From the human T2T-CHM13v2.0 reference genome, Homo sapiens, in assembly GCF_009914755.1 (NCBI RefSeq), contig NC_060936.1: 64,000 nucleotides of DNA. One strand, given 5' to 3'. The translations under genes and the position numbers were made by a program. The notes under the pieces are model-generated. The model searched no databases and was not told where the DNA came from. It was given only the letters and a program-made list of their open reading frames with translations. Shown here one piece after another: positions 11,801 to 24,602 of the stretch (the first letter of the stretch is position 1; every line of letters begins with the position of its first letter).

Positions 11801-14800
11801 TCAACTCCCACTTATGAGTGAGAACATGCAGTGTTTAGTTATCTGTTCTTGTGTTAGTTTGCTGAGAATGATGGTTTTCAGCTTCATCCATGTCCCTGCA
11901 AAGGACATGAACTCATCCTTTTTATGGCTGCATAGTATTCCATGGTGTATATGTCTCACCTTGTCTTTTTTTTTTGTTTTGTTTTCTTTATTATTATTAT
12001 TATTATACTTTAAGTTTTAGGGTACATGTGCACAATGTGCAGGTTATTTACATATGTATACATGTGCCATGCTGGTGCGCTGCACCCACTAACTCATCAT
12101 CTAGCATTAGCTATATCTCCCAATGCTATCCCTCCCCCCTCCCCCCAACCCACAACAGTCCCCAGAGTGTGATGTTCCCCTTCCTGTGTCCATGTGTTCT
12201 CATTGTTCAATTCCCACCTATGAGTGAGAATATGCGGTGTTTGGTTTTTTGTTCTTGAGATAGTTTACTGAGAATGATGATTTCCAATTTCATCCATGTC
12301 CCTACAAAGGACATGAACTCATCATTTTTTATGGCTGCATAGTATTCCATGGTGTATATGTGCCACATTTTCTTAATCCAGTCTATCATTGTTGGACATT
12401 TGGGTTGGTTCCAAGTCTTTGTTATTGTGAATAATGCCGCAATAAACATACGTGTGCATGTGTCTTTATAGCAGCATGATTTATAGTCCTTTGGGCATAT
12501 ACCCAGTAATGGGATGGCTGGGTCAAATCCTTTTCTTTATGCAGTCTATCATTGATGGGCATTTGGGTTGGTTCCAAGTCTTTGCTATTGTGAACAGTGC
12601 TGCTATAAACATATGTGTGCCTGTGTCTTTATAGTAGCATGATTTATAATCCTTTGGGTATATACCCAGTAATGGGATTGCTGGGTCAAATGGTATTTCT
12701 GGTTCTAGATCCCTGAGGAATCGCCACACTGACTTCCACAAGGGTTGAACTGATTTACACTCTCACCAACAGTGTAAAAGTGTTCCTATTTCTCCATATC
12801 CTCTCCAGCATCTGTTGTTTCCTGACTTTTTAATGATTGCCATTCTAACTGGCATGAGATGGTATCTCATTGTAGTTTTGATTTGCATTTCTCTAATGAC
12901 CAGTGATGATGAGCTTTTTTTCATATGTTTTTTGGCTGCATAAATGCCTTCTTTTGAGAAGTGTCTGTTCATATCCTTTGCCCACTTTCTGATGGGGTTG
13001 TTCTTTTCTTGTATATTTGTTTAAGTTCTTTGTAGATTCTGGATATTAGCCCTTTGTCAGATGGGTAGATTGCAAAAATTTTCTCCCATTCTGTAGGTTG
13101 CCTGTTCACTCTGATGATAGTTTCTTTTGCTGTACAAGAGCTCTTTAGTTTAATTAGATCCCATTTGTCAATGTTGGTTTTTGTTGTAATTGCTTTTGGT
13201 GTTTTAGTCATGAAGTCTTTGCCCATGCCTATGTCCTGAATGGTATTGCCTAGGTTTTCTTCTAGGTTTTTATTGTTTTAAGTCTTACGTTTAAATCTTT
13301 AATTAAAGATTTTAATTTTAATTAAAAAATTAAATCTGTGAGTTAATTTTTGTATAAGGTGTAAGGAAGGGGTCCAGTTTCAATTTTCTGCATATGGCTA
13401 GCCAGTTTTCCCAACATTATTTATTAAATAGGGAATCCTTTCCCCATTGCTTGTTTTTGTCAGGTTTGTCAGAGATCAGATGGTTGTAGATGTGTGGCAT
13501 TACTTCTGAGTCCTCTGTTCTGTTCGATTGGCCTATATCTCTGTTTTGGTACCAATACCATGTTGTTTTGGTTACTGTAAGCTTGTAGTATAGTTTGAAG
13601 TCAGGTAGCATGATGCCTTCAGTTTTGTTCTTTTTGCTTAGGATTGTCTTGGCTATATGGGCTCCTTTTTGGTTCCAATGAAATTTAACGTAGTTTTTTC
13701 TAATTTTGTGAAGAAAGTCAATGGTAGCTTGATGGAGATAGCATTGAATCTATAAATTACTTTGGGCAGTATGGCCATTTTCATGATATTGATTCTTACC
13801 ATCCGTGAGCATGGAATGTTTTTCCATTTGTTTGTGTCCACTCTTATTTCCTGGAGCAGTGGTTTGTAGTTCTCCTTGAGGAGATCCTTCACATCCCTTG
13901 TAAGTTGTATTCCTAGTTATTTTATTCTCTTTGTAGCAATTGTGAATGGGAATTCACTTATGGTTTGGCTCTCTATTATTGTTATATCGGAATGCTTGTG
14001 ATTTTTGTACATTGATTTTGTATCCTGAGACTTTGCTGACATTACTTCTCAGCTTAAGGAGATTTTGGGTTGAGACCATGGAGTTTTCTAAATATGCAAT
14101 TATGTCATCTGCAAACAGAGACAATTTGACTTCCTCTCTTCCTATTTGAATACCCTTTATTTCTTTCTTTTGCATGATTGTCCTGGACAGAACTTCCAGT
14201 ACTATGTTGAATAGGAGTGGTGAGAGAGGGCATCCTTGTCTTGTGCTGGTTTTCAAAGGGAATGCTTCTAGCTTTTGCCCATTCAGTATGATATTGGCTG
14301 TGGGTTTGTCATAAATTGCTCTTATTTTTTTGAGATACTTTCCATTATTACCTAGTTTATTGAGAGTTTTTAGCATGAAGGGGTGTTGAATTTTATCGAA
14401 GGCCTTTTCTGCATCTGTTGAGATAATCATGTGGTTTTTGTCATTGGTTCTGTTTATGTGATAGATTACGTTTATTGATTTGGGTATGTTGAACCAGCCT
14501 TGCATCTCAGGGATGAAGCCCACTTGATCATGGTGGATAAGCTTTTTGATGTGCTACTGGATTTGGTTTGCCTGTATTTTATTGGGGATTTTTGCATTGA
14601 TGTTCTTCAGGGATATTGGCCTAAAATTTCCTTTTTTGATGTGTCTCTGCCAGGTTTTGGTATCAGGATGATGCTGGCCTCATAAAACAAGTTAGGCAGG
14701 AGTCCGTCTTTTTCTATTGTTTGGAATAGTTTCAGAAGGAATGGTACTAGCTCCTCTTTGTACCTCTGGTAGAATTCGGCTGTGAATACATCTGGTTCTG

Positions 14801-16194
14801 GGCTTTTTTTGGTTGTTAGGCTATTACTGCCTCAATTTTAGAACTTGTTATTGGTGTATTCTGGGATTTGACTTCTTCCTGGTTTAGTCTTGGGAGGGTG
14901 TACATTTCCAGGAGTTTAACAATTTCTTCTAGATTTTCTAGTTTATTTGCATAGAGGTGTTTATAATATTCTCTGATGGTAGTTTGTATTTCTGCGGGAT
15001 CAGTGGTGATCTCCCCTTTATCATTTTTTGTTTTGTCTATTTGATTCTTCACTCTTTTCTTCTTTATTAGTCTGGCTAGCGGTCTATTTTGTTAATCTTT
15101 TCAAAAAACCAGCTCCTGGATTCTTTGATTTTTTGAAGGGTTTTTTGTGTCTCTATCTCCTTCAGTCCTGCTGTGATCTTAGTTATTTCTTGTCTCCTGC
15201 TAGCTTTTGAATGTGTTTGCTCTTGCTTCTCTAGTTCTTTTAATTGTGATTTTAGGGTGCTGATTTTAGATCTTTCCCACTTTCTCCTGTGGGCATTTAG
15301 TTCTATAAATTTCCCTGTAAACACTAGTTTAGCTGTGTCCCAGAGATTCTGGTACATTGTATTTTCATTCTCATTGGTTTTAAAGAACTTATTTATTTCT
15401 GCCTTAATATCGTTATTTACCCAGTTGTCATTCAGGAGCAGGTTGTTCAATTTCCATGTAGTTGTGCAGTTTTCAGACAGTTTCTTAATCCTGAGTTCTA
15501 ATTTGATTGAACTGCGGTCTAAGAGATTGTTTGTTAGGATTTCTGTTCTCTTGCATTTGCTGAGAAGTGTTTTGCTTCCAATTATGTGGTCAATTTTAGA
15601 ATAAATGCTAATAAGTATGTATATTCTGTTGATTTGGGGTGGAGAGTTCTGTAGATGTCTATTAGGTTTGGTTGGTCCAGAGCTGAGTTCAACTCCTGAA
15701 TATCCTTGTTAATTTTCTGTCCTGTTGATCTGTCTAATATAGATAGTGGGGTGTTAAAGTCTCCCACTATTATTGTGTGGGAGTCTAAGTCTCTTTGTAG
15801 GTCTCTAAGAACTTACTTTATGAATCTGGGTGCTCCTGTATTGGGTGCATATATATTTAGGATAGTTAGCTCTTCTTGTTGCATTGCTCCCCTTACCATT
15901 ATGTAATGGCCTTCTTTGTCTCTTTTGAACTTTGCTGGTTTAAAGTCTGTTTTTATCAGAGGCTAGGATTGCAATCCCTGCTTTTTTTTGCTTTCCATTT
16001 GCTTGGTAGATCTTCCTCCATCCCTTTATTTTGGGCCTATGTGTGTCTCTGCATGTGAGATGGGTCTTCTGGATACAGCACACTGATGGGTCTTGACTCT
16101 TTATCCAATTTGGCAGCCTGTGTCTTTTAATTGGGGCATTTAGCCCATTTACATTTAAGGTTAATATTGTTATGTGTAAATTTGATCCTGTCAT
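11801..16194 (-). pseudogene. Disrupted L1 ORF2 (EN-RT) of the L1PA7-like element
   Basis: Fragments [19 protein letters not shown] (16194), [26 protein letters not shown] (13954-14523) and C-terminal fragments, with many stops and frameshifts. Confidence 0.9.
11969..12528 (-). mobile_element. 5'-truncated younger L1 (L1PA2/3-like) 3' end nested in the older L1
   Basis: A second poly(T)/(TTA)n tail and L1 3'UTR with younger diagnostics (CACAACAGTCCCCAGAG, TTGGGAGATATA on the minus strand). Imperfect TSD CCTTGTCTTT (11959-11968) / CCTTTTCTTT (12529-12538). Confidence 0.9.
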
Positions 16195-16257
16195 TGTGAT
16201 GCTAGCTGGTAATTTTGCCCATTAGTTGATGCAGTTTCTTCATAGTTTCAATGGTCT

Positions 16258-17281
16258 TTACAATTTAGTATGTTTTTTGCAGTGGCTGCTACCAGTTTTT
16301 CCTTTCCATGTTTAGTGCTTTCTTCAGGAGCTTTTGTAAGGCAGGCCTAGTGGTGACAAAATCCTTCAGCATTTGCTTGTCTGTAAAGGAGTTTATTTCT
16401 CCTTTGCTTATGAAGCTTAGTTTGGCTGGATATGAAATTCTGGGTTGAAAATTCTTTTCTTTAAGAATGTTGAATATTGGCCCCCACTCTCTTCTGGCTT
16501 GTAGGGTTTCTGCAGAGAGATCCATTGTTAGTCTGATGGGCTTCCCTTTGTGCATAACCCGACCTTTCTCTCTGGCTGCCGTTAACATTTTTTCCTTCAT
16601 TTCAACCTTGGTGAATCTGACAATTATGTGTCTTGGGGTTGCTTGTCTCGAGGAGTATCTCTGTGGTGTTCTCTGTATTTCCTGAATTTGACTCTTGGCC
16701 TGTCTTGCTAGGTCTGGGAAGTTCTCCTGGATAATATCCTGAAGAGTATTTTCCACCTTGGTTCCATTCTCCCCATCACTTTCAGGTATATGAATCAAAT
16801 GTAGGTTTAGTCTTTTCACATAGTTCCATATTTCTTGAAGGCTTTGTTCATTCCTTTTCATTCTTTTTTCTCTAATCTTGTCTTCATGCCTTATTTCATT
16901 AAGTTGATCTTCAATCTCTGATATCCTTTCTTCCGCTTGATTGATTCGGTTATTGATACTTGTGCATGCTTCATTAAGTTCTCATGCTGTGTTTTTCAGC
17001 TCCACCAGGTCATTTATTTTCTTCTCTAAACTGGTTATTCTGGTTAGCAATTCCTCTAACCTTTTTTCAAGGTTATTAGCTTCCTTGCATTGGGTTAGAA
17101 CATGCTCCTTTAGCTTGGAGGAGTTGGTTATTACCCACCTTCTGAAGCCTACTTCTGTCAATTCATCAAACTCATTCTTTGTCCAGTTTTGTCACCTTGC
17201 TGATGAGGAGTTGTGATCCTCTGGAGAAGAGGCATTCTGGTTTTTGAAAATTTTAGCCTATTTGCACTGGTTTTTCCTAAT
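16258..17281 (-). pseudogene. Disrupted L1 ORF1 of the L1PA7-like element
   Basis: The 190-aa fragment at 16289-16861 (NEQSLQEIW..TPRHIIVRF..YPAKLSF) is ORF1. The start-codon position reads ATT. Confidence 0.85.
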
Positions 17282-20200
17282 CTTCGTGGATTTATCTACC
17301 TTTGGTCTTTGATGTTGTTGACCTTTGGATGGAGTTTCTGTGTGGATGTTCTTTTTGTTGCTGTTGATGCTATTCCTTTCTGTTTGTTAGTTTTCCTTCT
17401 AATAGTCAGTCCCTTCTGCTGCAGGTCTGCTGGAGTTTGCTGGAGGTCCACTCCAGACCCTGTTTTCCTGAGTATCACCAGCAGAGGCTGCAAAACAGCA
17501 AAGAATGCTGCCTGTTCCTTCCTCTGGAAGCTTCATCCCAGAGGGGAACACACCAGATGCCAGCCAGAGTGCTCCTGTATGAGGTGTCTGTTGATCACTG
17601 CTGGGAGGTGTCTCCCAGTCAGGAGGCATGGGGGTCAGGGACCAACTTGAGGAGGCAGTCTGTCTCTTAGCAGAGCTTGATTGCTGTGCTGGGAGATCTG
17701 CTGCTCTCTTCAAAGCTGGTAGGCAGGAATGCTTAAGTCTGCTGAAGCTACACCCACAGCCGCCCCTTCCCCCAGGTGCTCTGTCCCAGGGAGATGGGAG
17801 TTTTATCTATAAGCCCCTGACTGGGGCTGCTCCTTTCTTTCAGAGATGCCCTGCCCAGAGAGGAGGACTCTAGAAAGGCAGTCTGGCTACAGTGGCTTTG
17901 CCGAGCTGTGGTGGGCTCCACCAAGTTTGAACTTCCCAGGGGCTTTGTTTACACTGTGAGGGGAAAACTTCCTACTCAAGCCTCAGTAATGGCGGACTCC
18001 CCTCCCCCTACCAAGCTCAAGCATCCCAGGTCAACTTCGGACTGTGTGCTGGCAGCGAGAATTTCAAGCTAGTGGATCTCAGCTTGCTGGGCTTTATGGG
18101 AGTGAGATCTGCTGAGCTAGACCACTTGGTGCCCTGGCTTCAGCCCCCTTTCCATGGGAGCGAACAATTGTTTCTCACTGGCATTCCAGGTGCTACTGGG
18201 GTATGAAAAACTCCTCCAGCTAGCTCGGTGTCTGCCCAAATGGCCACCCAGTTTTGTGCTTGAAACCCAGGACCCTGGTGGTGTAGGCTTCTGAGGGAAT
18301 CTCCTCATCTGCAGGTTGTGAAGACCATGGGAAATGGATAGTGTCTGGGCTGTATTGCACAGTTCCTAACAGCACATTCCCTCATGGCTTCCCTTGGCTA
18401 GGGGAGGGAGTTCCCTGACCCCTTGCCCTTCATGAGTGAGGTGATGCCCCATCCTGCTTCAGCTCACCCTCTGTGGGCTGCACCCACTGTCTAGGCAGTC
18501 CCAATGAGATGAGCTGGGTACCTCAGTTGCAAATGCAGAAATCACCTGCCCTCTGTGTTGATCTCGCTGGGAACTGCAAATGGTAGCTGTTCCTATTCAG
18601 CCGTCTTGCCAGCCACCGTGGGGTCATACTTTTCAAGCCAAGTCAAATAGTCAGCTTCTGGAAGCCTAGACTCTACTTTTCCAAGAGGAAGAACTTGCTT
18701 GTCTTAAAGTGGCCTTGTTTGCAAGCTACCTACTTACACCACAACTCGGAGTGTCTCAGGAAGCTGGGGTATTGCTTAGCAGAAAACCCCCACATGCTGC
18801 CATTTTTTGGTAGTACTGTTGATTATTTCAAGAGCAATACAGTGATAGTGCTGGATTTTGAGCAAGACTATAATTATCCAATGTCCCTTCTGTTAGGGAG
18901 ATTATGTGACAATCCTATGGCTTGTGGAATGTGCATCTTGGGGTTTTTGTCTTAGCCACTAATTGGCCTCACTTTTCCCTTTTGTTCTCTGTAACAACAT
19001 TAGGCTTCTGCAGCACTGCTGGCCAGTTATTGGTGATACATCTGTGGCCACAGAATGGGGAGGCTGCCTGGGGTCTTAATCTGTGACTCTGTTCGCTTTA
19101 GGCTCACGTTAAGGCCATTAGAGTTACATAGAAATACACTAGAGTCCACTGCTACTGGAGCTCTTGCCCTAGAGTGAAAACTGGGGCCACGAGGATACAG
19201 CCCCACTGACAAGCTGGCTGGGGCCTGTCCTGTGAGTAATATATGAGAGCATCAAGCCGCAGGCTGGGTTTAAAGATGATCAGCAGCACCATGCTGAAGG
19301 AGAAGCCAGGAAGGAGAACTCAGGCATAGAAGCCAAGTGGAAGAGGAGAGTGCTGTGGTTAGTTAAGCTAATAAAATGGAATAAACAGAGAAGATACATT
19401 TTGTAGAAGCCAAAGTCTAGGGAGATCAGAACTCTTGAGGGTCAAGGCAAGGGATGGGCACTAGGCCCCAGAAGGCACAGTTCTGAGACAGAGTCAGGTG
19501 GCATGAGTGTCAGCTAGGGTGGCAGTGGTAGTCGGTACTGGGCCAAGTGGGGAGGGGTGCTAAGAGAAGGTTGTTGAAAATGCACACATCTGGTTCTCCC
19601 AGTCCTAAGGCTTATCTGTCTTACAATAGTGGTCTGAGACTGGCCACTGTGAAAATGTGGTACCTGGACCTGATCAGCAAAGGCTTGACACTTGGAATTT
19701 CTCGAAAGGGATTGTTGGAACCCATTTCCATTACCAGAAAACTGTTTTCTAATCTACTTGGTGCAAGGTGTGGTCCAATCTCTATACGCCTTTTCTTTTC
19801 CATTGTTTAAAATGGAGACATTTCCTAGTTTGTAGCCTGGAAGAGATGTTATGAGTCCAAATGAGATTATGTAGTTCTTGGAATTCCACTGAGGAAATAG
19901 CTATGTAAATTCAATGTGTTGTTATTCATGACATGTATGGTTGAGCTGAAGACTCTAGCTACTACCCATCCATGCAAGCCATAAAATTAGACTTCCTATA
20001 CTGTGCACAGTAATTCTCTTTCTTACAATAGAAACCACAAACCAATTTTGCCTTACAGAAATGTGCTCTCATCCAAAATTTTTAATGCACATTTTAAAAA
20101 CCAGCTCAGTTTTACTGTGGAGTCACATCTGAGGAAAGTGACATAGTCAGGGAAATGTCTGTCTTACATACAGGAGGAACATACATATTTTATAAGCTTA

Positions 20201-23200
20201 CCAGGAGCTGATTATGAAGATCACCCATCAAAATGATCTAACAACTTTCATTTTCACATCACTAGTTCAATTAAGAAATAATTTCCAATAATATGACTCC
20301 AAATATATTTTCATTTCTGGATATATATGCATCCATGCTGTGGGCTTTATTTGATTTTTTTTATTACTCTTTAATTCTTTAACAGTTGCATTTTTTTTCT
20401 TTGCAAGTGCATAGTGGGTAATTTATGTTGTTTTGATAGTTTGTTTCTTTGATATAATTTGCAATTCTGCACCCAGAGTTGTAATATACAGTATATTACA
20501 AGGCAGAGTTGTAATATACTACAGCTTATCTAAACTACAGTTCAGATAAATGACATGGAAATATAGAGGTTATCATGTAAAATGATCCATATTTCAAAAT
20601 AGGGACTTCTGTAAAATGAAAAAAAAATATTGCTATTAATCACACTTTTTATATGACTTTTTTCCTTGACTGAGATTTGTTGCATTTACTATTGTAACAT
20701 ATTTCCAAAACACATTAGTTAAACGTGGCTGAAAATCACGCATGCATATTTTAAGGAAAAAATGTGCAGATATATTTTCAATCTTAAGCTACAAACTATG
20801 GCTTTTCTTTGATGATTAAAATATTCTGGCCCATTTAAAATGAGCTACATAATAAAAGTGATGTGCAATAATAATTTTACAATGCTTAATAATATAAAGT
20901 ACTTTATCTGAAAGACGCCTTTTAAAATATTTTATGCATAATTCAAGCACTTTTGTTCTCTTCTGTAAAGAAAATAAGTGAGTGATATGCAAGTGAAATA
21001 AGAAATTGAAAAGAATTTAAAAAATAAAAACTGGACAGATTTCTGCCTGTGCTCAAATTAAGAAGTAGTAACATGTTAAAATGTTTTATGCTATTGGCAA
21101 CTGGGGGAAGTAGGGCAGAGTGACACAATAGAAAACATTAGGCCCAAACTTTCTCTAATATAGGTTTTCTGGCTTTAAAAAAAGGGGTACAAAGGGTCAT
21201 TGAAGTTTGTTGAATATGCTTCTTATTGTCAATTCATATCACTAAAGAAAGTTTGCCCTTGCTCACACAAGAGAGGAGCTTTCAGATCTTCAACCAGATA
21301 CCTGCCAGGAGTATCTTTAACATGCAAACTAGCCCAGGGAGTTTGCCTGCCTACCAGTCACCATCAAAGCACAAGCACCTGAAGAAAGAGTGAACACGTC
21401 CTCCTAGTGCTGCCCCTGAGCTGTCCCTAAAGAAGACGCAGGAAAACCAGGCTAGGGAATTGTAATGTGTTTATTAATGAAGGCTGGGCTATTGTTCACT
21501 TAGAATCATCCAAAAGTTTAAAATAATTTTGAAAGGGGCTTACGGTATAAAAAGAGGTGTGGAAAATCAGCCCCAGTAGGAACCAATTAATTACTAATCC
21601 ACAGAGGAAACCATGCTCCACATTTTTTTTTTTAAATCTGAAGACATGGTAAACTATGGGTAGATTTTTAAAAATTACATATGAACCGATGACTAGATTG
21701 TGAAATGTAATAAAGTGCCAGAATACCCAGTTGCTTTGGAACAGAATTCTGTGTGTTGTTTGTAGGTTTTGTCTACCTAACAACACAATTTTGTTTGGGT
21801 GAATTTTTGTTTGTACTTGATAAAGGTTTTGGTTGTATTGTCTGGCTCATTTGAGTTGGGCAGCCTGATCTTTTGTTCTGACTTAACCTCCCATGAACAC
21901 ATTTCTAAAAGGATGGTTTTACTATTTATAAATTTGGTGCTGCTCAGAGGTCATTTAGAAATTAATGTAATTAAAAAGGCATAAATAAAACAGGAACCTG
22001 TTGACCTGACCTAGATACAATCTTACCAGAAGGCAGGGTTGTTGTGTGGTTTGTTTTTGTTTTTGTGGGGTTTTTTTTTGGTGGGAGGTATTTACTTCAT
22101 TATAGCCTTAGAAAATTCAGACAGAGATTTGTGAACAGTGTCCTGAAACATTGTTTGTAAGAAAAGTTGGCTTCTATGGTCTCACTCTATTCTAAAATCT
22201 TTCATGATAAGCATGTCCTAATAGGTCAAGGTAAAGCTTTGCTGCCCTGGTAGTGGGTGGGAAAGACACAGAGAAAAAGAGTGCATAGATATGCTTCCAT
22301 TTCCCTCTATGCTTTCTTGCCTTCTGGATTTGGCCTTCTCCTTGATCTCCAACATCTTTGTGTTGAAGGGCCTACAGAGTAAACTGTGGGACTCAATAAA
22401 CATTCGTTACTTGATTTATTTTAGAGAAAATTTGAATATAGCCTAAATAGACACAAGATTTTGTTTTGTTGGGGCAATATTTACAGCGTGTCCCACATAA
22501 CGTAAAGAGTAAAATGTATTTTAATGTAGGTTGTCTTTGGTTCATCCTTCTATAAATTAAAACTAGACATTTCTGTTGAGAATCACTTTGTTCCCTCTAC
22601 TCTTTGTGTGTGACATTCACTTGTGAAATGACAAGACTTTCTAAAATCCTTAGCCAAGTTTAAATCAACTCAGAAAAATCACTTGTTTAATACTGTCTTT
22701 TTTTTTTTTTTTTTTTGCCATCCGCTGTCATTTATTCTGGTTTTATTTTTTCACCCAGAGCAACTCCTTAGAAGAGCGTTACATGGGTAGAAATAATTGT
22801 TGGTTGATTGATTATGACTGGAGAGTATGTGTTCTGAAGTTGGAGGTTAAATAAAGCCAACACCACAGGTCTACATAGAATATATGTGTGGTTGATTTGA
22901 TAGAGAAAAAACCCAATTCACTACAGAGAGGGCCAGGTGAGATGCCTTGAGGGCCTTGGACAACACTTTTGATTTCTAATCTACACAGATTACTTTGGAA
23001 CTGACTATAAACTAGTTAAATGATTGGCTGGTGACAAAAAAAAAAGATGAAGAAAGTAATGAATGCATACTAAATGGCGCAGAAGATTTAGAGGGATTTG
23101 TATTAGCTTTGTAACAAGACTGACATATGGGAAATAAAATTTATTGTTACTAAACATTGAACATTACTCTTGAGCACTAAAATAATGAACACAGTAAAAA

Positions 23201-23715
23201 TAAATAGCATTGAACTAACTAGAGCAGTAAGACTTTCAAAAGAACCCTCCAGAGAGAGGAAGGAAGGGTTTTTCTTTCACATTGTGTAGATAATATAAAG
23301 CCACACATCACCTATGCAATAGCATTAGGCTAATTATTCCCAGAGAGCTGGTCAGAGTGTCTAGTTATGCCCAACTGATTGACTCTTTCCTCTTAAATTC
23401 CTAAGGAAGCATCAATATTTCTTAAAATATACATGTCAAGATTTCAAATCCCCAAGCTTTTAAAAACATAGCAAAAAATCATAATACAGCTTGGATTAGA
23501 AAATGATTAGAAAGGTTTCAACTTAGCATCTGTGTTGAGTGTTGAATAAACCCATTAGACCTTGAGATATTGCCTTGGAAAACCTAAATGACAACAAAAA
23601 GTATTCATTTAGGGAGTAGCCTTCCTGAGAAGAGTTAGAAACTCTTATCACTAGAGACATTCAAAATGGCCATAAAATGTGTCAAGGAAATTATTTTCTC
23701 TCTGATGTTATTCTG

Positions 23716-23805
23716 AGCATGCATAATGAAAAAATTCTTTTTATCAGTGTGTTTTTTACTAGCATACATAATGAAAAAAATTGTTTCATCAGTGTGTTTT
23801 TTACT
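23716..23805. repeat. 45-bp tandem duplication (2 copies)
   Basis: AGCATRCATAATGAAAAAA...ATCAGTGTGTTTTTTACT at 23716-23760 and 23761-23805, with a few mismatches. Confidence 0.9.
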
Positions 23806-24409
23806 CTCAGTTTACCATTAAGTGCATTACAAATCAGTTTTGAATTTCACAGTAAACACAGTCATGTTTTTCAGGGTCTCCTCAATAGGTCCATATAGTC
23901 ATAGATTAATTGCTTAGGACAGTATCAGGTTTGTCACTTACCCAGGTACTGAGTTTCAAACTGTACCTCTCTTTAGGAATAAGATTAGTTTTTGTTGTTG
24001 TTGTTGTTGTTTTTTCTCTCTACTAACTGCATTTGTCCCTCTTCATCAAAGCACACGCTGAATAGCCATGCTTTTGCATCTTACTGATGCACAGAGGTTG
24101 ATCAGTTGGATTGAAAGACAGAGCTCGAAAGGTGTTGTAATGCCTTGTTGGCAGCACCAGATCAAGGTGGTATGCTGTGGAGGGGATTCTAGCTTTAGCT
24201 CTGCCACTAAAAAGCAGCTGGACTTTAGGTCAGTTGATTGGCATCCATAGATCTTGGTTTCTTCATTCGCAAATGAAAAAAAAAAGTTTTTGCCCCTGTT
24301 CCAGGATGCTCTCAAAACTCTTTTTTATCCATCCAACCACCAGGCTTTATTCCATCCAAGGGAGAACAGTATAAACGAACAGAGCTGCTTCTGGAGGTCT
24401 CATCTAATG

Positions 24410-24602
24410 AGGGGCTGAAAAACTCTTAAGGGGCCAGAGAGTAAATATTTCAGATTTTGTGAGGCAAAATTGAGTGAATTATGTAGGTATTTATGTAACA
24501 TTTAAAAATGTAACCATTAGAAAATGTAAAACCCATTCTTGTGGGTGGTATAAAAACAAGTGGTAGGTTAGATTTGGCCTTGCTGTCGTTGTCCAACCCT
24601 GC
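24410..24602 (+). mobile_element. MER58-like hAT-Charlie MITE
   Basis: AGGGGCTGAAAAACT..GGGCCAGAGAGTAAATATTT start, AAATGTAAAACCCATTCTT internally and CCAACCCTG end. Confidence 0.6.

Larger units (their letters stand above)
11590..18618 (-). mobile_element. Full-length LINE-1, L1PA7-like (PA6-8), inactive
   Basis: The minus-strand 5' end reads GGTGGCTGGCAAGACGGCTGAATAGGAACAGC, followed by a long 5'UTR, ORF1 and ORF2 remnants and the 3'UTR. The 15-bp TSD TGGGGTCATACTTTT is at 11575-11589 and 18619-18633. Confidence 0.95.

Noticed and set aside
20899-20980. Minus-strand 60-nt open segment (KRTKVLELCIKYFKRRLSDK) after a good acceptor
   Set aside because: The donor (AAA/gtactt) is weak and the peptide is unrecognised.
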